Below, one piece after another: positions 1 to 8,877 of a stretch of 24,000 bases of DNA. The DNA is from Novispirillum sp. DQ9. GTDB lineage: Bacteria; Pseudomonadota; Alphaproteobacteria; Rhodospirillales; Rhodospirillaceae. The DNA is taken from positions 529,081-553,080 of the forward strand of contig NZ_JBLOOT010000001.1 in NCBI RefSeq assembly GCF_049800675.1, in the 5' to 3' direction. Position 1 is the stretch's first letter; each line of letters opens with the position of its first letter. The notes below the pieces were generated by a model. The model did no database searches. It was not told where the DNA came from and worked only from the letters and a program-made list of their open reading frames with translations. The position numbers and the translations under genes were made by a program.

Positions 1-1
1 C

Positions 2-487
2 TTGGTGCGCGTGCCGGCCCTGGAGTTCGATGACGGCACCCGGCTGATCGAAAGCTGGGCCATTCTCGACGCCATCGACGAACTGGCCGGCCCGGACAAG
101 GCCCTGGTGCCGGCCATGGGCCCGGCGCGACGCGAGGTCTTGCAGCTTGTCTCCTACGCCGTCGGCGCCTGCGAGAAGACCGTGTCGGCCTACTACGAGC
201 GTATCCGCCGGCCGCAGGAATTCTGCTACGCCGCCTGGGCGGAGCAGTGCGAGGCGCAGGTGCGCGGCGCCTTCCACCTGCTGAACGACCGCGCGGAAGG
301 CCGCACCTTCCTGGCCGGCGATCGCCTGACGCAGGCCGACATCAGCGCCGTCTGCGCCTTCGACTTCGCCGCCCAGGTGCTGCCCGAACAACTCGCCCCG
401 GCGGCCACCTGGCCGGCCCTGGCGGCGCTGAGCGAGCGGCTGAACGCCATCGAGGCGATCGGCTCGACCCACCCGGCGCGGCAGTAG
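2..487 (+). CDS. Glutathione S-transferase family protein, 5'-truncated by the window edge
   Basis: The translation VPALEFDDGTRLIESWAILDAIDEL matches the end of a GST N-terminal thioredoxin-like domain (VPxL..DG..L.ES.AI..Y/L pattern). A helical C-terminal domain follows. The TTG at position 2 is an ORF-caller artefact, and the true start lies left of the window. The stop is TAG at 485-487. Confidence 0.75.
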   Translation: MVRVPALEFDDGTRLIESWAILDAIDELAGPDKALVPAMGPARREVLQLVSYAVGACEKTVSAYYERIRRPQEFCYAAWAEQCEAQVRGAFHLLNDRAEGRTFLAGDRLTQADISAVCAFDFAAQVLPEQLAPAATWPALAALSERLNAIEAIGSTHPARQ

Positions 488-503
488 GGCGACAGTAGGG
501 CGA
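482..503. repeat. Tandem direct repeat, 2 x 11 nt (CAGTAGGGCGA), spanning the GST stop codon
   Basis: Read directly: cagtagggcga at 482-492 and again at 493-503. A degenerate third unit, cagggggggcg, follows. Confidence 0.8.
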
Positions 504-530
504 CAGGGGGGGCGCGTCGTGCGCCCCCTG
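504..530. terminator. GC-rich hairpin between the convergent GST and parvulin genes
   Basis: GGGGGCGC (508-515) pairs with GCGCCCCC (521-528) around a 5-nt loop GTCGT. It sits in the 54-bp gap between two convergent stop codons. There is no U-tract on either side, so intrinsic-terminator function is uncertain. Confidence 0.4.
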
Positions 531-541
531 CCCGTCCGACC

Positions 542-862
542 TCAGGCCGTGCGCAGGATCAGGTGATAGCCGAACGGCGTCTCCACCACGCCCGACATCT
601 CGCCGACGCCGAGGCCAAAGGCGGCCTTGTCGAAGGACGCCACCATCATGCCGGGGCGGAACTCGCCCAGGTCGCCGCCGTCGGCGCCCGAGGGGCAGTC
701 GGAAACCTCGCGCGCGACGGCGCCGAAGTCCTCGCCGCCGGCGATCTTGTCGCGCAACGCCTCGATCTGGGTCTGCGCCTCTTCCTTCGAACGGTCGGCG
801 GTGGAGCGCATGGAGCCCTTGTACATCAGCAGGATGTGCGAGGCGCGGATGGACGAAGCCAT
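542..862 (-). CDS. Single-domain parvulin-type peptidyl-prolyl cis-trans isomerase (PpiC-like), 106 aa
   Basis: MASSIRASHILL...DCPSGADGGDLGEFRPGMMVASFDKAAF...FGYHLILRTA matches the Par10/PpiC rotamase pattern (HIL..., CPS...GGDLG.F..G.MV..FD, FGYH.I). I chose the ATG at 860-862 because AGGAGAA lies 7 nt upstream. The longer ORF to 1111 runs through repeat and hairpin sequence. Confidence 0.85.
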   Translation of the reverse strand: MASSIRASHILLMYKGSMRSTADRSKEEAQTQIEALRDKIAGGEDFGAVAREVSDCPSGADGGDLGEFRPGMMVASFDKAAFGLGVGEMSGVVETPFGYHLILRTA

Positions 863-875
863 GAGGGTTCTCCTG

Positions 876-922
876 AAAATGAGTTGCCCGGCCGGTATGG
901 GGCAACCCTTCCGGCCGGGCAA
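876..922 (-). terminator. Perfect 12-bp hairpin followed by U4 on the minus-strand transcript, abutting the parvulin RBS
   Basis: TTGCCCGGCCGG (884-895) pairs with CCGGCCGGGCAA (911-922) around a 15-nt loop. On the minus strand the stem is followed by CUCAUUUUCAGGAGAA. It could end fixABCX transcripts or act as a leader structure for the parvulin gene. Confidence 0.45.
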
Positions 923-1034
923 GGGGAAAACGAGGTCAACGAAAAACGGACGCGGCGGCCTCTCCCCCAAGTGACCGCCGCGCCTTCTTTCGCCGGCCCA
1001 TGGACGGTGGACGGCGGAAGAAACCTGTTTGTTA

Positions 1035-1092
1035 GCCCTCAGACGCCGGGCGGGCGCTCCGCGCCCTTGGCTTACGCGGCAGGGGCCGCGCG
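1035..1092 (+). repeat. GC-rich REP-like element, copy A (58 nt)
   Basis: GCCCTCAGACGCCGGGCGGGCGCTCCGCGCCCTTGGCTTACGCGGCAGGGGCCGCGCG matches the reverse complement of 11652-11709 at about 52 of 58 positions by manual alignment. It contains the hairpin GGGCGC-TCC-GCGCCC at 1052-1066. Confidence 0.75.
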
Positions 1093-1107
1093 CCGCAGTC
1101 GCGGCGT

Positions 1108-1141
1108 CCATGCTCCGTCAAGCGAGCTTGCCGGAGCATGG
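1108..1141 (-). terminator. Hairpin 7 nt downstream of the fixX stop
   Basis: CCATGCTCCG (1108-1117) pairs with CGGAGCATGG (1132-1141). The 14-nt loop is itself partly self-complementary (CAAGC/GCTTG). There is no U-tract. Confidence 0.4.
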
Positions 1142-1148
1142 TCCCGGC

Positions 1149-1436
1149 TCATCCGAACTTGTACAGAATCCCGTATCCCCCACGCGGGTAGAACCAGTCG
1201 ATGTTCTTCATGTCCTGGCAGATGATGCGGCAGGTGCCGCATTCCAGGCAGCCGTCGAAGGTGGCGGACACGCCGCCGTCCTCGGCGATGTAGCAGGCCG
1301 CCGGGCAGGCCGTGGTGCAGGGCTTGTCCTTGCACTCGCGGCACAGCGCCGGGTTCTTGATGGCGATGTGGGGCCGCCCCTCGTCCACCCGGTAGCGGTT
1401 CTGGAACAGCTTGTCTTCGACCTTGATCATGTTCAT
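1149..1436 (-). CDS. fixX: FixX ferredoxin-like protein, 95 aa
   Basis: MNMIKVEDKLFQNRYRVDEGRPHI...CPAACY...CLECGTCRIIC...WFYPRGGYGILYKFG is typical of FixX. The ATG is at 1434-1436, 14 nt after the fixC stop. It is the last gene of a fixABCX set. Confidence 0.95.
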   Translation of the reverse strand: MNMIKVEDKLFQNRYRVDEGRPHIAIKNPALCRECKDKPCTTACPAACYIAEDGGVSATFDGCLECGTCRIICQDMKNIDWFYPRGGYGILYKFG

Positions 1437-1450
1437 GTCCCCGTTCCCCG

Positions 1451-2752
1451 TTACCGCCACGCGCGGGCCATCTTCACCGCGTCGCCGATCAGGCCGCGCA
1501 GGCCCCGGCCCTTGGTGAAGGCGCGCACGATTTCCTTTTCCTTGGTGATCTTGTCCACCCCGTCCACGCGGAACCACAGGTCGGCGGCCTTGGACAGGAT
1601 GTTGGGATAGGTGCTGAAGAACTGCGGATTGGCATGAAGCATGTCCGGCAGGTCCTTGTACTTCTTCAGATCCTTGATCACGAAGGTGTCGTTCAGGCGG
1701 GCGCGGTACATGGCCAGGTTGGCATCGGACATGGGCTGCCCGGCCTTCTTGAGGTCGATGATCGTCTCGGCGGCGATGCGGCCCGTGGTCAGCGCCATGT
1801 TGGAGCCTTCGCGGTGCAGGGCGTTGACGAACTGCCCGGCATCGCCGCAGATCACCCAGCCCTCGCCGTAGACCTTGGGAATGGCCTTGTAGCCGCCCTC
1901 GGGGATGAGGTGCGCGGCGTATTCCTTGACCTCGGAACCTTCCAGCAGCGGCTTGACCGACGGATGGTTCTTGAACTTCTCCAGCAGGGAGTACGGCGTC
2001 TGACCCGACGTCTTGAAGTCGGACACCAGGCAGCCGATGCCCACGGCCAGACTGTCCTTGTTGGTGTAGATGAAGGCGGTGCCGACCATGCCCGAGGTGA
2101 CGGTGCCGGCGACCTCGATCACCACGCCTTCCTCGTCCTTGGTGTTGAAGCGGGCGTCGATGACGTCCTTGGGCAGGAAGTGCATCTCCTTGACCGCCAG
2201 GGCGACGTGCTCGGGCTTCAGCTCGGGCCGGAACCCGGCGCGCTGGGCCAGCAGGCTGTTCACGCCGTCGCACAGCACCACCACGTCGGCGAAGATGTCG
2301 CCGTTCTCGCGGTCGGTGGTCACGCCGATGACGCGGCCCTTGTCGTCCTTCAGCAGGTCGGTGACGGTGGTCTCGCAGATGACCAGCGCCCCGGCCTCCT
2401 TGACCTTCTTGGAGAACCACTTGTCGAACTGCGCACGGATGATCGTGTAGCGGTTCGGCTTCTCCTCGTTGAAGGCTTCGGAGCGGTAGTGCGTGCCCAT
2501 GTAGGACTTGTCGTCGAGCATCCACAGGCGCTGCTCGATGATGTGGCGCTCCAGGGGGGCGTCGTCGCGGAAGTCGGGGATGATCTTTTCCACGGCGTCG
2601 GCGTAGAGGATGGCGCCCTGCACGTTCTTGGAGCCGGCGTACTCGCCGCGCTCGATTTGCAGGACGTTCAGCCCGCCCTTGGCCAGGGTGTAGGCGGCGG
2701 CGTTCCCCGAAGGTCCGGCCCCGACAACGATTGCGTCGAACTTCTCGGCCAT
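1451..2752 (-). CDS. fixC: FixC electron-transfer flavoprotein-quinone oxidoreductase, 433 aa
   Basis: It has the N-terminal FAD fold motif [15 protein letters not shown]. It is full length, AGGAGGA precedes the ATG at 2750-2752, and it lies between fixB and fixX. Confidence 0.96.
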   Translation of the reverse strand: MAEKFDAIVVGAGPSGNAAAYTLAKGGLNVLQIERGEYAGSKNVQGAILYADAVEKIIPDFRDDAPLERHIIEQRLWMLDDKSYMGTHYRSEAFNEEKPNRYTIIRAQFDKWFSKKVKEAGALVICETTVTDLLKDDKGRVIGVTTDRENGDIFADVVVLCDGVNSLLAQRAGFRPELKPEHVALAVKEMHFLPKDVIDARFNTKDEEGVVIEVAGTVTSGMVGTAFIYTNKDSLAVGIGCLVSDFKTSGQTPYSLLEKFKNHPSVKPLLEGSEVKEYAAHLIPEGGYKAIPKVYGEGWVICGDAGQFVNALHREGSNMALTTGRIAAETIIDLKKAGQPMSDANLAMYRARLNDTFVIKDLKKYKDLPDMLHANPQFFSTYPNILSKAADLWFRVDGVDKITKEKEIVRAFTKGRGLRGLIGDAVKMARAWR

Positions 2753-2774
2753 TGTGGTGGTCCTCCTGGTTGGG

Positions 2775-3872
2775 TCAGCCGGCCATGCGGTTCACGGAGA
2801 GGCGCTTGCGGAAGGCCTCGGTGAGCGCGGGCAGGATGGTCAGGGCATCGCCCACGATGCCGATGTGGGCGAACTCGAAGATGGCGGCGTTGGGGTCGGA
2901 GTTGATGGCGACGATGCAGTCGGCCCCCTCGACGCCCACGCGGTGCTGAATGGCCCCGGAAATGCCGGCGGCGATGTAGAGCTTCGGCCGGATGGTCTTG
3001 CCGGTCTGGCCGATCTGGCGGTCGGCGGTGATCCAGCCCTTCTGCACCAGCGGACGGGAACCGCCGTATTCGGCGCCCAGGACGGCGGCCAGCTCGGTCA
3101 CCAGCTTGAAGTTGTCGGGCTTGCCCAGGCCCATGCCGCCGGCGACCACCACGTCGGCGTAGGACAGCTGCGCCTTGTCGCTGTCCTGGTCGGCGATGAA
3201 GCTGAGGATCTTGGTGACGATGTCGTCCTCGGCCATGTTCAGCGGCATTTCGGTCAGGCCGCCGGTGGTCCGGCTTTCATCCTTGTCGGGCATGGCCATC
3301 ACGCGCGGCCGGACGGTGGCCATCTGCGGGCGGTAGTTCAGGGTGTGGATGGTGCACAGCAGCGACCCGCCGAAGGTCGGCCGCGTCGCCGCCAGCGAGC
3401 GTTCGTCGTCGATGGCGAGTTCCGTGCAGTCCGCCGTCAGGCCGGTCTTGAGGGTGGTCGCCACCGACCCGGCGAGGTCGCGGCCCAGCGTGGTGGCGCC
3501 CAGCAGCAGCACTTCGGGCTGATAGGTGTTGACCACGTCGGTCAGGGCCTTGGTGAACGGCTCGTTGCGGTAGTCGGTCAGCAGCGGGTCTTCGACCAGA
3601 TAGACCTTGTCGGCGCCGTAGGAATAGCTGTCGGTGACGGCCTGGCGGGTCGCCGCGTCGGGCGGCCCCATGACCACGCCGGCGAGGTCGACGCCCAGCT
3701 TGTCGGCCAGCTTCCGGCCCTCGCCCAGCAGTTCCCAGGACACCGGATGGACGACGCCGCGCTCCATCTCGATGAACACCCAGACGTGCTTGTAGCTCTT
3801 GAAGTGCTCCGGCAGTTCCTTCTTCATGCCGGCGCGGCCGCCGGCGGCGGGCTTCTTCGCGGGTTCGCTCAT
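2775..3872 (-). CDS. fixB: FixB electron transfer flavoprotein alpha subunit, 365 aa
   Basis: [38 protein letters not shown] plus an ETF-alpha C-terminal FAD region. I chose the start at ATG 3870-3872 (MSEPAKK...), which is preceded by AAGGAGGG overlapping the fixA stop. The upstream extension to 3911 would overlap fixA. Confidence 0.93.
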   Translation of the reverse strand: MSEPAKKPAAGGRAGMKKELPEHFKSYKHVWVFIEMERGVVHPVSWELLGEGRKLADKLGVDLAGVVMGPPDAATRQAVTDSYSYGADKVYLVEDPLLTDYRNEPFTKALTDVVNTYQPEVLLLGATTLGRDLAGSVATTLKTGLTADCTELAIDDERSLAATRPTFGGSLLCTIHTLNYRPQMATVRPRVMAMPDKDESRTTGGLTEMPLNMAEDDIVTKILSFIADQDSDKAQLSYADVVVAGGMGLGKPDNFKLVTELAAVLGAEYGGSRPLVQKGWITADRQIGQTGKTIRPKLYIAAGISGAIQHRVGVEGADCIVAINSDPNAAIFEFAHIGIVGDALTILPALTEAFRKRLSVNRMAG

Positions 3873-3885
3873 GGGAAGACCCTCC

Positions 3886-4740
3886 TTAACGGGTGCCGGC
3901 GGCCAGCTCAAGCATGTCTGCTTCGAGCTTGGGCTGCGCCTGGAAAATGGCGTCGATGGTGGCCGCGGCGATGTCGGCGGCGCCCTTGCCGGACACGTCG
4001 ATCATCTTGGCCTTGTCCTTGCGCGGGCTGGGCGCGAAGACCTTCTTCACCACGGTGGGCGAGCCCTTGAGGCCGCACAGGGAGATGTCCTCGATGCCGG
4101 CCTTCTCGGCGCTCCACACCTTCACGTCGGAGCGCGCGGCGCGGAACATGTCGTCCATGGTGCCGAAGCGGATGGTGTTGGAGCCTTCGAGCATGGTGAT
4201 CATGCACGGCAGCGTCGTCTTGAGCACCTGCACGCCGCCCTCGGAACGGCGGTGCACCACCACCTCGCGCTTGGCCGGGTCGCAGCTTTCGACCTTCGCC
4301 ACGTAGGTGAGCTGCTGCATGTTCAGGCGCTTGGCGATGCCGGGGCCGACCTGGGCGGTGTCGCCGTCGATGGTCTGCTTGCCGGCGAAGACCATGTCCA
4401 CCGGGTCGGTCTCGTCGATCTTCTTGATCGCGCTGGCCAGGGCGTAGGACGTCGCCAGGGTGTCGGACCCGGCGAAGAAACGGTCGGTGAGCAGCACCGC
4501 GTCGTCGGCCCCCAGACCCAGCGCCTTGCGCAGGGAGTCCTCGGCCATGGGCGGGCCCATGCTCAGCACGGTGACCTTGCCGCCGATCTTGTCGCGCAGG
4601 CGCATCGCCTCTTCCAGCGAGTACAGGTCATAGGGATTGATGACCGACGGCACGCCCTGCCGCATGATGGTGTTGGTGACCGGGTGAACGCGGATCTGCG
4701 CGCTGTCCGGCACCTGCTTGATGCAAACGACGATGTGCAT
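3886..4740 (-). CDS. fixA: FixA electron transfer flavoprotein beta subunit, 284 aa
   Basis: [38 protein letters not shown] is a canonical ETF-beta/FixA N-terminus. The ATG is at 4738-4740 with GGAGAG upstream. Confidence 0.95.
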   Translation of the reverse strand: MHIVVCIKQVPDSAQIRVHPVTNTIMRQGVPSVINPYDLYSLEEAMRLRDKIGGKVTVLSMGPPMAEDSLRKALGLGADDAVLLTDRFFAGSDTLATSYALASAIKKIDETDPVDMVFAGKQTIDGDTAQVGPGIAKRLNMQQLTYVAKVESCDPAKREVVVHRRSEGGVQVLKTTLPCMITMLEGSNTIRFGTMDDMFRAARSDVKVWSAEKAGIEDISLCGLKGSPTVVKKVFAPSPRKDKAKMIDVSGKGAADIAAATIDAIFQAQPKLEADMLELAAGTR

Positions 4741-4784
4741 TCCAACTCTCCATTCACCCAGGGGCCGAGGCACGTGGTTCCATA

Positions 4785-4800
4785 AGCAAGACCCGGACCA
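4785..4800 (-). promoter_or_regulatory. Sigma54 (-24/-12) promoter of fixABCX
   Basis: The minus strand reads TGGTCC-GGGTC-TTGCT. GG and GC have the exact TGGCAC-N5-TTGCW spacing. It lies about 46 nt upstream of the fixA ATG, with a NifA UAS about 100 nt further upstream. Confidence 0.65.
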
Positions 4801-4899
4801 CTTTTATGGTTATTGCCGAAAAGCCCGGTTCCTGCGCCGTTTGGCACCCTCTGCCGGGCCTGTCGACCGCCGCCGGCCGCGACACATCCACGACAAGCG

Positions 4900-4915
4900 T
4901 GTCGCATGTCCGACA
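4900..4915. promoter_or_regulatory. NifA upstream activator sequence (TGT-N10-ACA) for fixABCX
   Basis: TGTCGCATGTCCGACA fits TGT-N10-ACA exactly. It shares the extended TGTCG-N6-CGACA form with the two sites at 9290-9324. Confidence 0.7.
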
Positions 4916-4978
4916 GAACACTTTGGAATTCCTCGAAGATCGCCGGCCAAGCCGGCGTTCAGTGTAGGGAGTCCCCGG

Positions 4979-5027
4979 AAAAAGCGCGCCGCCCCGGAGG
5001 GTGGAGTTTCCTCTACCCTCCGGGGCG
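4979..5027 (-). terminator. Terminator-like hairpin after nifW
   Basis: CGCCCCGGAGGGTGGAG (4990-5006) pairs with CTCTACCCTCCGGGGCG (5011-5027), a 17-bp stem with one mismatch and a 4-nt loop. On the minus transcript GCGCGC then UUUUU follows (A-run at 4979-4983 on the plus strand). It lies 37 nt past the nifW stop and upstream of the fixA UAS. Confidence 0.6.
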
Positions 5028-5063
5028 GGTGCCTGCATTGACATTTGTGGGTCGACAGGACCG

Positions 5064-5387
5064 TCAGCGCGCCGGCGGCGCCTCCAGCTCGTCCAGGCCG
5101 ATGAAGGCCTGGCCCTTGACCTGCTTGAATACCTTGAACACTCCTTCCGTCACCGCGTCGGAGGCGACGAAGTCGGCATGCGCCTTCGCCAGCTTGGCCG
5201 CATATAGCGCCTGAAGCGCCCCATCGTCCAGACCATCAAGCTGTTCCGCCGCCAGGTAGTCCCGAAAGCGCTTGAGGATGTGCAGGCGGTTGACGCGCAC
5301 CACCTGCTCGTCGAAGGGCACGCCCAGGGTGGTGAAGAAGTCCTCGGCAGTGGACAGGCCGTTCATGCGGGCGAGAAAGTCACTCAT
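5064..5387 (-). CDS. nifW: NifW nitrogenase-stabilizing/protective protein, 107 aa
   Basis: LSTAEDFFTTLGVPFDEQVVRVNRLHILKRFRDYL is the conserved NifW N-terminal signature. It lies directly downstream of nifV. Confidence 0.9.
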   Translation of the reverse strand: MSDFLARMNGLSTAEDFFTTLGVPFDEQVVRVNRLHILKRFRDYLAAEQLDGLDDGALQALYAAKLAKAHADFVASDAVTEGVFKVFKQVKGQAFIGLDELEAPPAR

Positions 5388-5425
5388 GGGGGAGCCTCTT
5401 GAGGTCGGTTGCGAAGGCGGCGGGG

Positions 5426-6613
5426 TCAGTTGTGAAGACGGGCGGCGACCGCCTGGCCGCCCAGGTCCAGCAGGTCGAGAGCGGCGTCGCGCACCGGCAA
5501 CGTCTCGCAGTAGAAGCGCCGCAGGTCGGCCGGAGTCGGCGCCGTCTTGGTGCGGCTGGCGTGATCGCGCACACGGGCCAGGACGGCGCGAGCCTGCGGC
5601 TCGGCGGCGGCCAGCCCCAGGACGTCCAGGGCGTGGCAGACGGCGGCTATGCCCGAATGCTTGCCCAGCACCAGCGTGTGGCGGCGGCCCAGCAGCACGG
5701 GGTCGAGGGCCTGGTAGTTGGCCGGGTCGGCGAGCAGGCCATGGACATGGATGCCCGACTCGTGGGTGAACACCCCCGCCCCGACGATGCTCTTGTTCAC
5801 CGGCACCGGCCGGCCCGAGGCGGCGGCCACCAGATCGGAGACTTCGGGCAGGTGGCGCGGGGCGACGCCGGTGGAGCGGCCATGAAGCTGGTCGAGCGCC
5901 ACCACCACTTCCTCCAGCGGCGCGTTGCCGGCCCGTTCGCCCAACCCGTTGACGGTGGTCGACACATGCGTTGCCCCGCCCAGCACGGCGGCCAGGGAGT
6001 TGGCCGTGGCCAGCCCCAGGTCGTCGTGGGCATGCACCTCAAGCTCCAGGTCGCTGCCGGCGCGCAGGGCCTCGAAGGCGGCGCGGGTGGCGAAGGGTTC
6101 GAGGATGCCCAGGGTATCGGCGAAGCGGTAACGCCGGGCGCCGGCGTCCTCGGCCACCTCGATCACCGCGCGGACGAAGTCGATGTCGGCGCGCGAGCTG
6201 TCCTCGCCGCCCAGCGACACGGCCAGGCCCAGGCCGGCGGCGCGGCGCACCACCCGGCGGACCTCGGCCAGCACCCAGCCGCGATCGCGCTGGAGCTTGC
6301 GGGCGATCTGCTGGTCGGACACCGGGATGGAGACGTTGACGGCGCGCAGGCCGCAGGACAGGGCAAGGTCGACGTCGCCGTCGAGCAGGCGGCACCAGCC
6401 GATGGGCTGCGCCGCCAGCCGCAGGTCGACGACGGCGCGGATGCCGTCGCGTTCCTCCGGCCCCATGGCGGGGATGCCGACTTCCAGTTCCGGGACGCCT
6501 GCGGCATCCAGGGCGGTGGCGATGGCGAGCTTTTCCTCCAGTGTGAAGGCCACCCCGGCGGTCTGCTCGCCGTCCCGCAGGGTGGTGTCGTTGATGACCA
6601 CGGGCGTTGTCAT
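5426..6613 (-). CDS. nifV: NifV homocitrate synthase, 395 aa
   Basis: [18 protein letters not shown]...[16 protein letters not shown]...[15 protein letters not shown] are HMGL-like/homocitrate synthase motifs. AAGGAGGG precedes the ATG at 6611-6613. Confidence 0.95.
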   Translation of the reverse strand: MTTPVVINDTTLRDGEQTAGVAFTLEEKLAIATALDAAGVPELEVGIPAMGPEERDGIRAVVDLRLAAQPIGWCRLLDGDVDLALSCGLRAVNVSIPVSDQQIARKLQRDRGWVLAEVRRVVRRAAGLGLAVSLGGEDSSRADIDFVRAVIEVAEDAGARRYRFADTLGILEPFATRAAFEALRAGSDLELEVHAHDDLGLATANSLAAVLGGATHVSTTVNGLGERAGNAPLEEVVVALDQLHGRSTGVAPRHLPEVSDLVAAASGRPVPVNKSIVGAGVFTHESGIHVHGLLADPANYQALDPVLLGRRHTLVLGKHSGIAAVCHALDVLGLAAAEPQARAVLARVRDHASRTKTAPTPADLRRFYCETLPVRDAALDLLDLGGQAVAARLHN

Positions 6614-6640
6614 GGGGGCCGCCCTCCTTTTTCATCACGA

Positions 6641-7852
6641 TCAGGCGTATTCGGGCTGGAACGCCTCGGCCTTGGGGGCGCCGTTGGCCCAGTAGGGCGA
6701 CAGGGCGCGCAGGCGGTCGATGATGCCGGGCACCGCCTCGATCACCTGGTCGATCTCGGCCTCCGTCGTCTCCCGCGACAGGGAGAAGCGGATGGCCCCA
6801 TGCGCCGCCGTGAACGGCACGCCCATGGCCCGCAGGACATGGCTGGGCTCCAGCGAGCCCGAGGTGCAGGCCGAGCCCGAGGACGCGGCGATGCCCGCCC
6901 GGCTGAGGAACAGCAGGATGGCCTCCCCCTCGATGTACTCGAAGGCGATGGTCGTGGTGTTGGGCAGGCGGTCGTGCACGTCGCCGGTGACGAAGCAGTG
7001 GCCGACACGCTCCAGGATGGCCTTTTCCAGCTTGTCGCGCAGGGCCTTCACCGCCGTGTTCTCGTGGTCCATGTACATCAGGGCCAGTTCGGCGGCCTTG
7101 CCCAGGCCGATGACGCCGGTGGTGTTCTCGGTGCCGGCGCGGCGCTCGCGTTCCTGATGGCCGCCGCGCATCAGCGGGCGGAAGCGGATGCCGCGCTTGA
7201 CGTAGAGCGCGCCGATGCCCTTGGGCGCGTGCAGCTTGTGGCCGGACAGCGAGAGCATGTCGATGGCGGTGTCGGCCAGCCGCAGCGGCACCTTGCCGAC
7301 CGCCTGCACGGCGTCGGTGTGGAACAGGATGCCGTGCTCCTTGGCCATCTCGGCCAGGGCCTCGACGGGGAAGATGGTGCCCGTTTCGTTGTTGGCCCAC
7401 ATGATCGAGGCGATGGCCACGCGCGGCGACAGGGCCGCCTTGTAGGCGGCGATGTCCAGCCGCCCCTCGCCGTCCACCGGAATGACGTGCAGGGTGTAAC
7501 CCTCGTGCTTGGCGAGGTGGCGGCACAGCTCCAGCACCGCCGGGTGCTCGACGGCCGACGTGATGATCTCCCGCCGGTCGGGCGCCACCTGGAGGGCCGA
7601 ACGGATGGCGGTGTTGTTGCTCTCGGTGCCGCAGGAGGTGAACACCACCTCGGTATCGTGGGCTGCGCCCAGCAGGGCGGCGACGCGGGCGCGGGCCTCG
7701 CGCATCTTGCCGCCGACCTCGGCCCCGAAGCTGTGGATGGACGACGGATTGCCGAAGTGCTGGCTGAAGAACGGCAGCATCTCGTCGACGACGCGCGGGT
7801 CGACGCGGGTGGTGGCGTTGTTGTCGAGGTAGATTCCGGTGGGGGCGGTCAT
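6641..7852 (-). CDS. nifS: NifS cysteine desulfurase, 403 aa
   Basis: IYLDNNATTRVDPRV...SLSGHKLHAPKGIGALY (PLP lysine)...SSGSACTSGSLEPSHVL (active-site Cys loop). I chose the ATG at 7850-7852 with AGAGGA upstream, rather than the TTG at 7870. Confidence 0.95.
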   Translation of the reverse strand: MTAPTGIYLDNNATTRVDPRVVDEMLPFFSQHFGNPSSIHSFGAEVGGKMREARARVAALLGAAHDTEVVFTSCGTESNNTAIRSALQVAPDRREIITSAVEHPAVLELCRHLAKHEGYTLHVIPVDGEGRLDIAAYKAALSPRVAIASIMWANNETGTIFPVEALAEMAKEHGILFHTDAVQAVGKVPLRLADTAIDMLSLSGHKLHAPKGIGALYVKRGIRFRPLMRGGHQERERRAGTENTTGVIGLGKAAELALMYMDHENTAVKALRDKLEKAILERVGHCFVTGDVHDRLPNTTTIAFEYIEGEAILLFLSRAGIAASSGSACTSGSLEPSHVLRAMGVPFTAAHGAIRFSLSRETTEAEIDQVIEAVPGIIDRLRALSPYWANGAPKAEAFQPEYA

Positions 7853-7877
7853 GGGCCTATCCTCTCTCAAGCCGATC

Positions 7878-8840
7878 TCAGGCCGACACGAAGCGGCGGG
7901 CCTCGTGCGGGATGACCCGCAGCGGACGGCCGATCTTCTCGATCAGGGCGGCCTGCACCCCCTGGATGGTCACGGCGCTCATCTGGCAGCCGGCGCAGGC
8001 GCCGGTCAGCTTGACGAACACGCTGTCGCCCTCGACGTCGACCAGCTCGATGTCGCCGCCGTCGGCCTGGAGGTGCGGGCGCAGCTCCTCGATGGCCGAC
8101 TGGATGATCATGATCTTTTGCAGGTTGGTCATCGGCGCGGGCGCCGACTGGGCCTTCTTGGCACCTTCGGCCAGCGGGCTGATCTGCACCAGCTGCGGCG
8201 CCGGAGCGGCCGGCGCGGCACCGCCGTAGACGAAGGCCTCCTCGGCGGCGAGCAGCCCCTCGGCGACCATGGCGGCGTTGATGTCGGAGAGCTTCTCCTC
8301 GATCTTCTCGAAGCAGGTCTTGCACGACCCGCCGGCCTTGGTGAAGGCGGTGACCTGCTCCAGCGTGGTCAGCTTGTTGCTGCGCACAGCGCGCTCCAGC
8401 ATGCCCTCGTCAACGCCGAAGCACTTGCAGATCAGGGCGCCTTCCTCGTGGTCGTCCTCGGCCAGTTCCTCGCCGGTGTAGTTGGCGATGGCGGCGATCA
8501 GCGCCTCGTGGCCCATGACGGAGCAGTGCATCTTCTCCGGCGGCAGGCCGCCGAGGAAGTCGGCGATGTCCTGGTTGGAGACCTTGCGCGCCTCGTCGAT
8601 GGTCTTGCCGATGATCAGTTCGGTCAGCGCGGAGCTTGAAGCGATGGCCGACCCGCAGCCGAACGTCTGGAACCGGGCGTCGGTGATGATGTTGGTGTCG
8701 GGGTCGACCTTGATCATCAGGCGCAGCGCGTCGCCGCAGGAGATGGAGCCGACTTCGCCCACCCCGTCGGCGTTGTCGAGCACGCCGGCGTTCTTGGGGT
8801 TGAAGAAGTATTCCTGGACCTTGTCGGTGTAGTTCCACAT
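7878..8840 (-). CDS. nifU: NifU Fe-S cluster scaffold (IscU-like, central 2Fe-2S and Nfu domains), 320 aa
   Basis: [20 protein letters not shown]...[11 protein letters not shown]...[11 protein letters not shown]...HCSVM, then the central CKC...C..C cluster, then the C-terminal GACAGC motif. The start is the ATG at 8838-8840. Confidence 0.95.
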   Translation of the reverse strand: MWNYTDKVQEYFFNPKNAGVLDNADGVGEVGSISCGDALRLMIKVDPDTNIITDARFQTFGCGSAIASSSALTELIIGKTIDEARKVSNQDIADFLGGLPPEKMHCSVMGHEALIAAIANYTGEELAEDDHEEGALICKCFGVDEGMLERAVRSNKLTTLEQVTAFTKAGGSCKTCFEKIEEKLSDINAAMVAEGLLAAEEAFVYGGAAPAAPAPQLVQISPLAEGAKKAQSAPAPMTNLQKIMIIQSAIEELRPHLQADGGDIELVDVEGDSVFVKLTGACAGCQMSAVTIQGVQAALIEKIGRPLRVIPHEARRFVSA

Positions 8841-8877
8841 CGCGGGGGAGCCCCTTCTCTGACCTTGGATTTTTTGA

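Noticed and set aside
862-1111. N-terminal extensions offered by the ORF track (542..1111, 2775..3911, 3886..4773, 7878..8966, 13203..15212, 14555..16045, 12238..12756, 10812..11477)
   Set aside because: In each case an internal ATG or GTG with a strong SD coincides with the conserved family N-terminus. The extension either overlaps the upstream gene or runs through promoter or repeat sequence.
4842-4856. A perfect TGGCAC hexamer on the plus strand between the fixA UAS and the fixA promoter
   Set aside because: The downstream GC dinucleotide is one position too close (TGGCAC-CCCT-CTGC). No plus-strand gene follows, so it would only fire antisense into nifW. Sigma54 is intolerant of spacing changes.
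4754-5044. A 96-aa minus-strand ORF filling the nifW-fixA intergenic region, a possible small nif gene such as nifZ or nifT
   Set aside because: The translation has no resemblance to NifZ, NifT or FixU. It runs through the terminator hairpin, the UAS and the sigma54 promoter, and it has no RBS.
5399-7915. Very long ORFs antisense to real genes, for example 5399..7915 + (838 aa), 17172..19121 - (649 aa), 21415..23418 + (667 aa), 2754..4070 +, 1634..2824 + and 14915..16063 +
   Set aside because: Their translations are low-complexity Arg/Gly/Ala/Pro-rich strings with no recognisable domains. Each lies opposite a gene with strong family signatures. This is the usual stop-codon-poor shadow frame of high-GC DNA.
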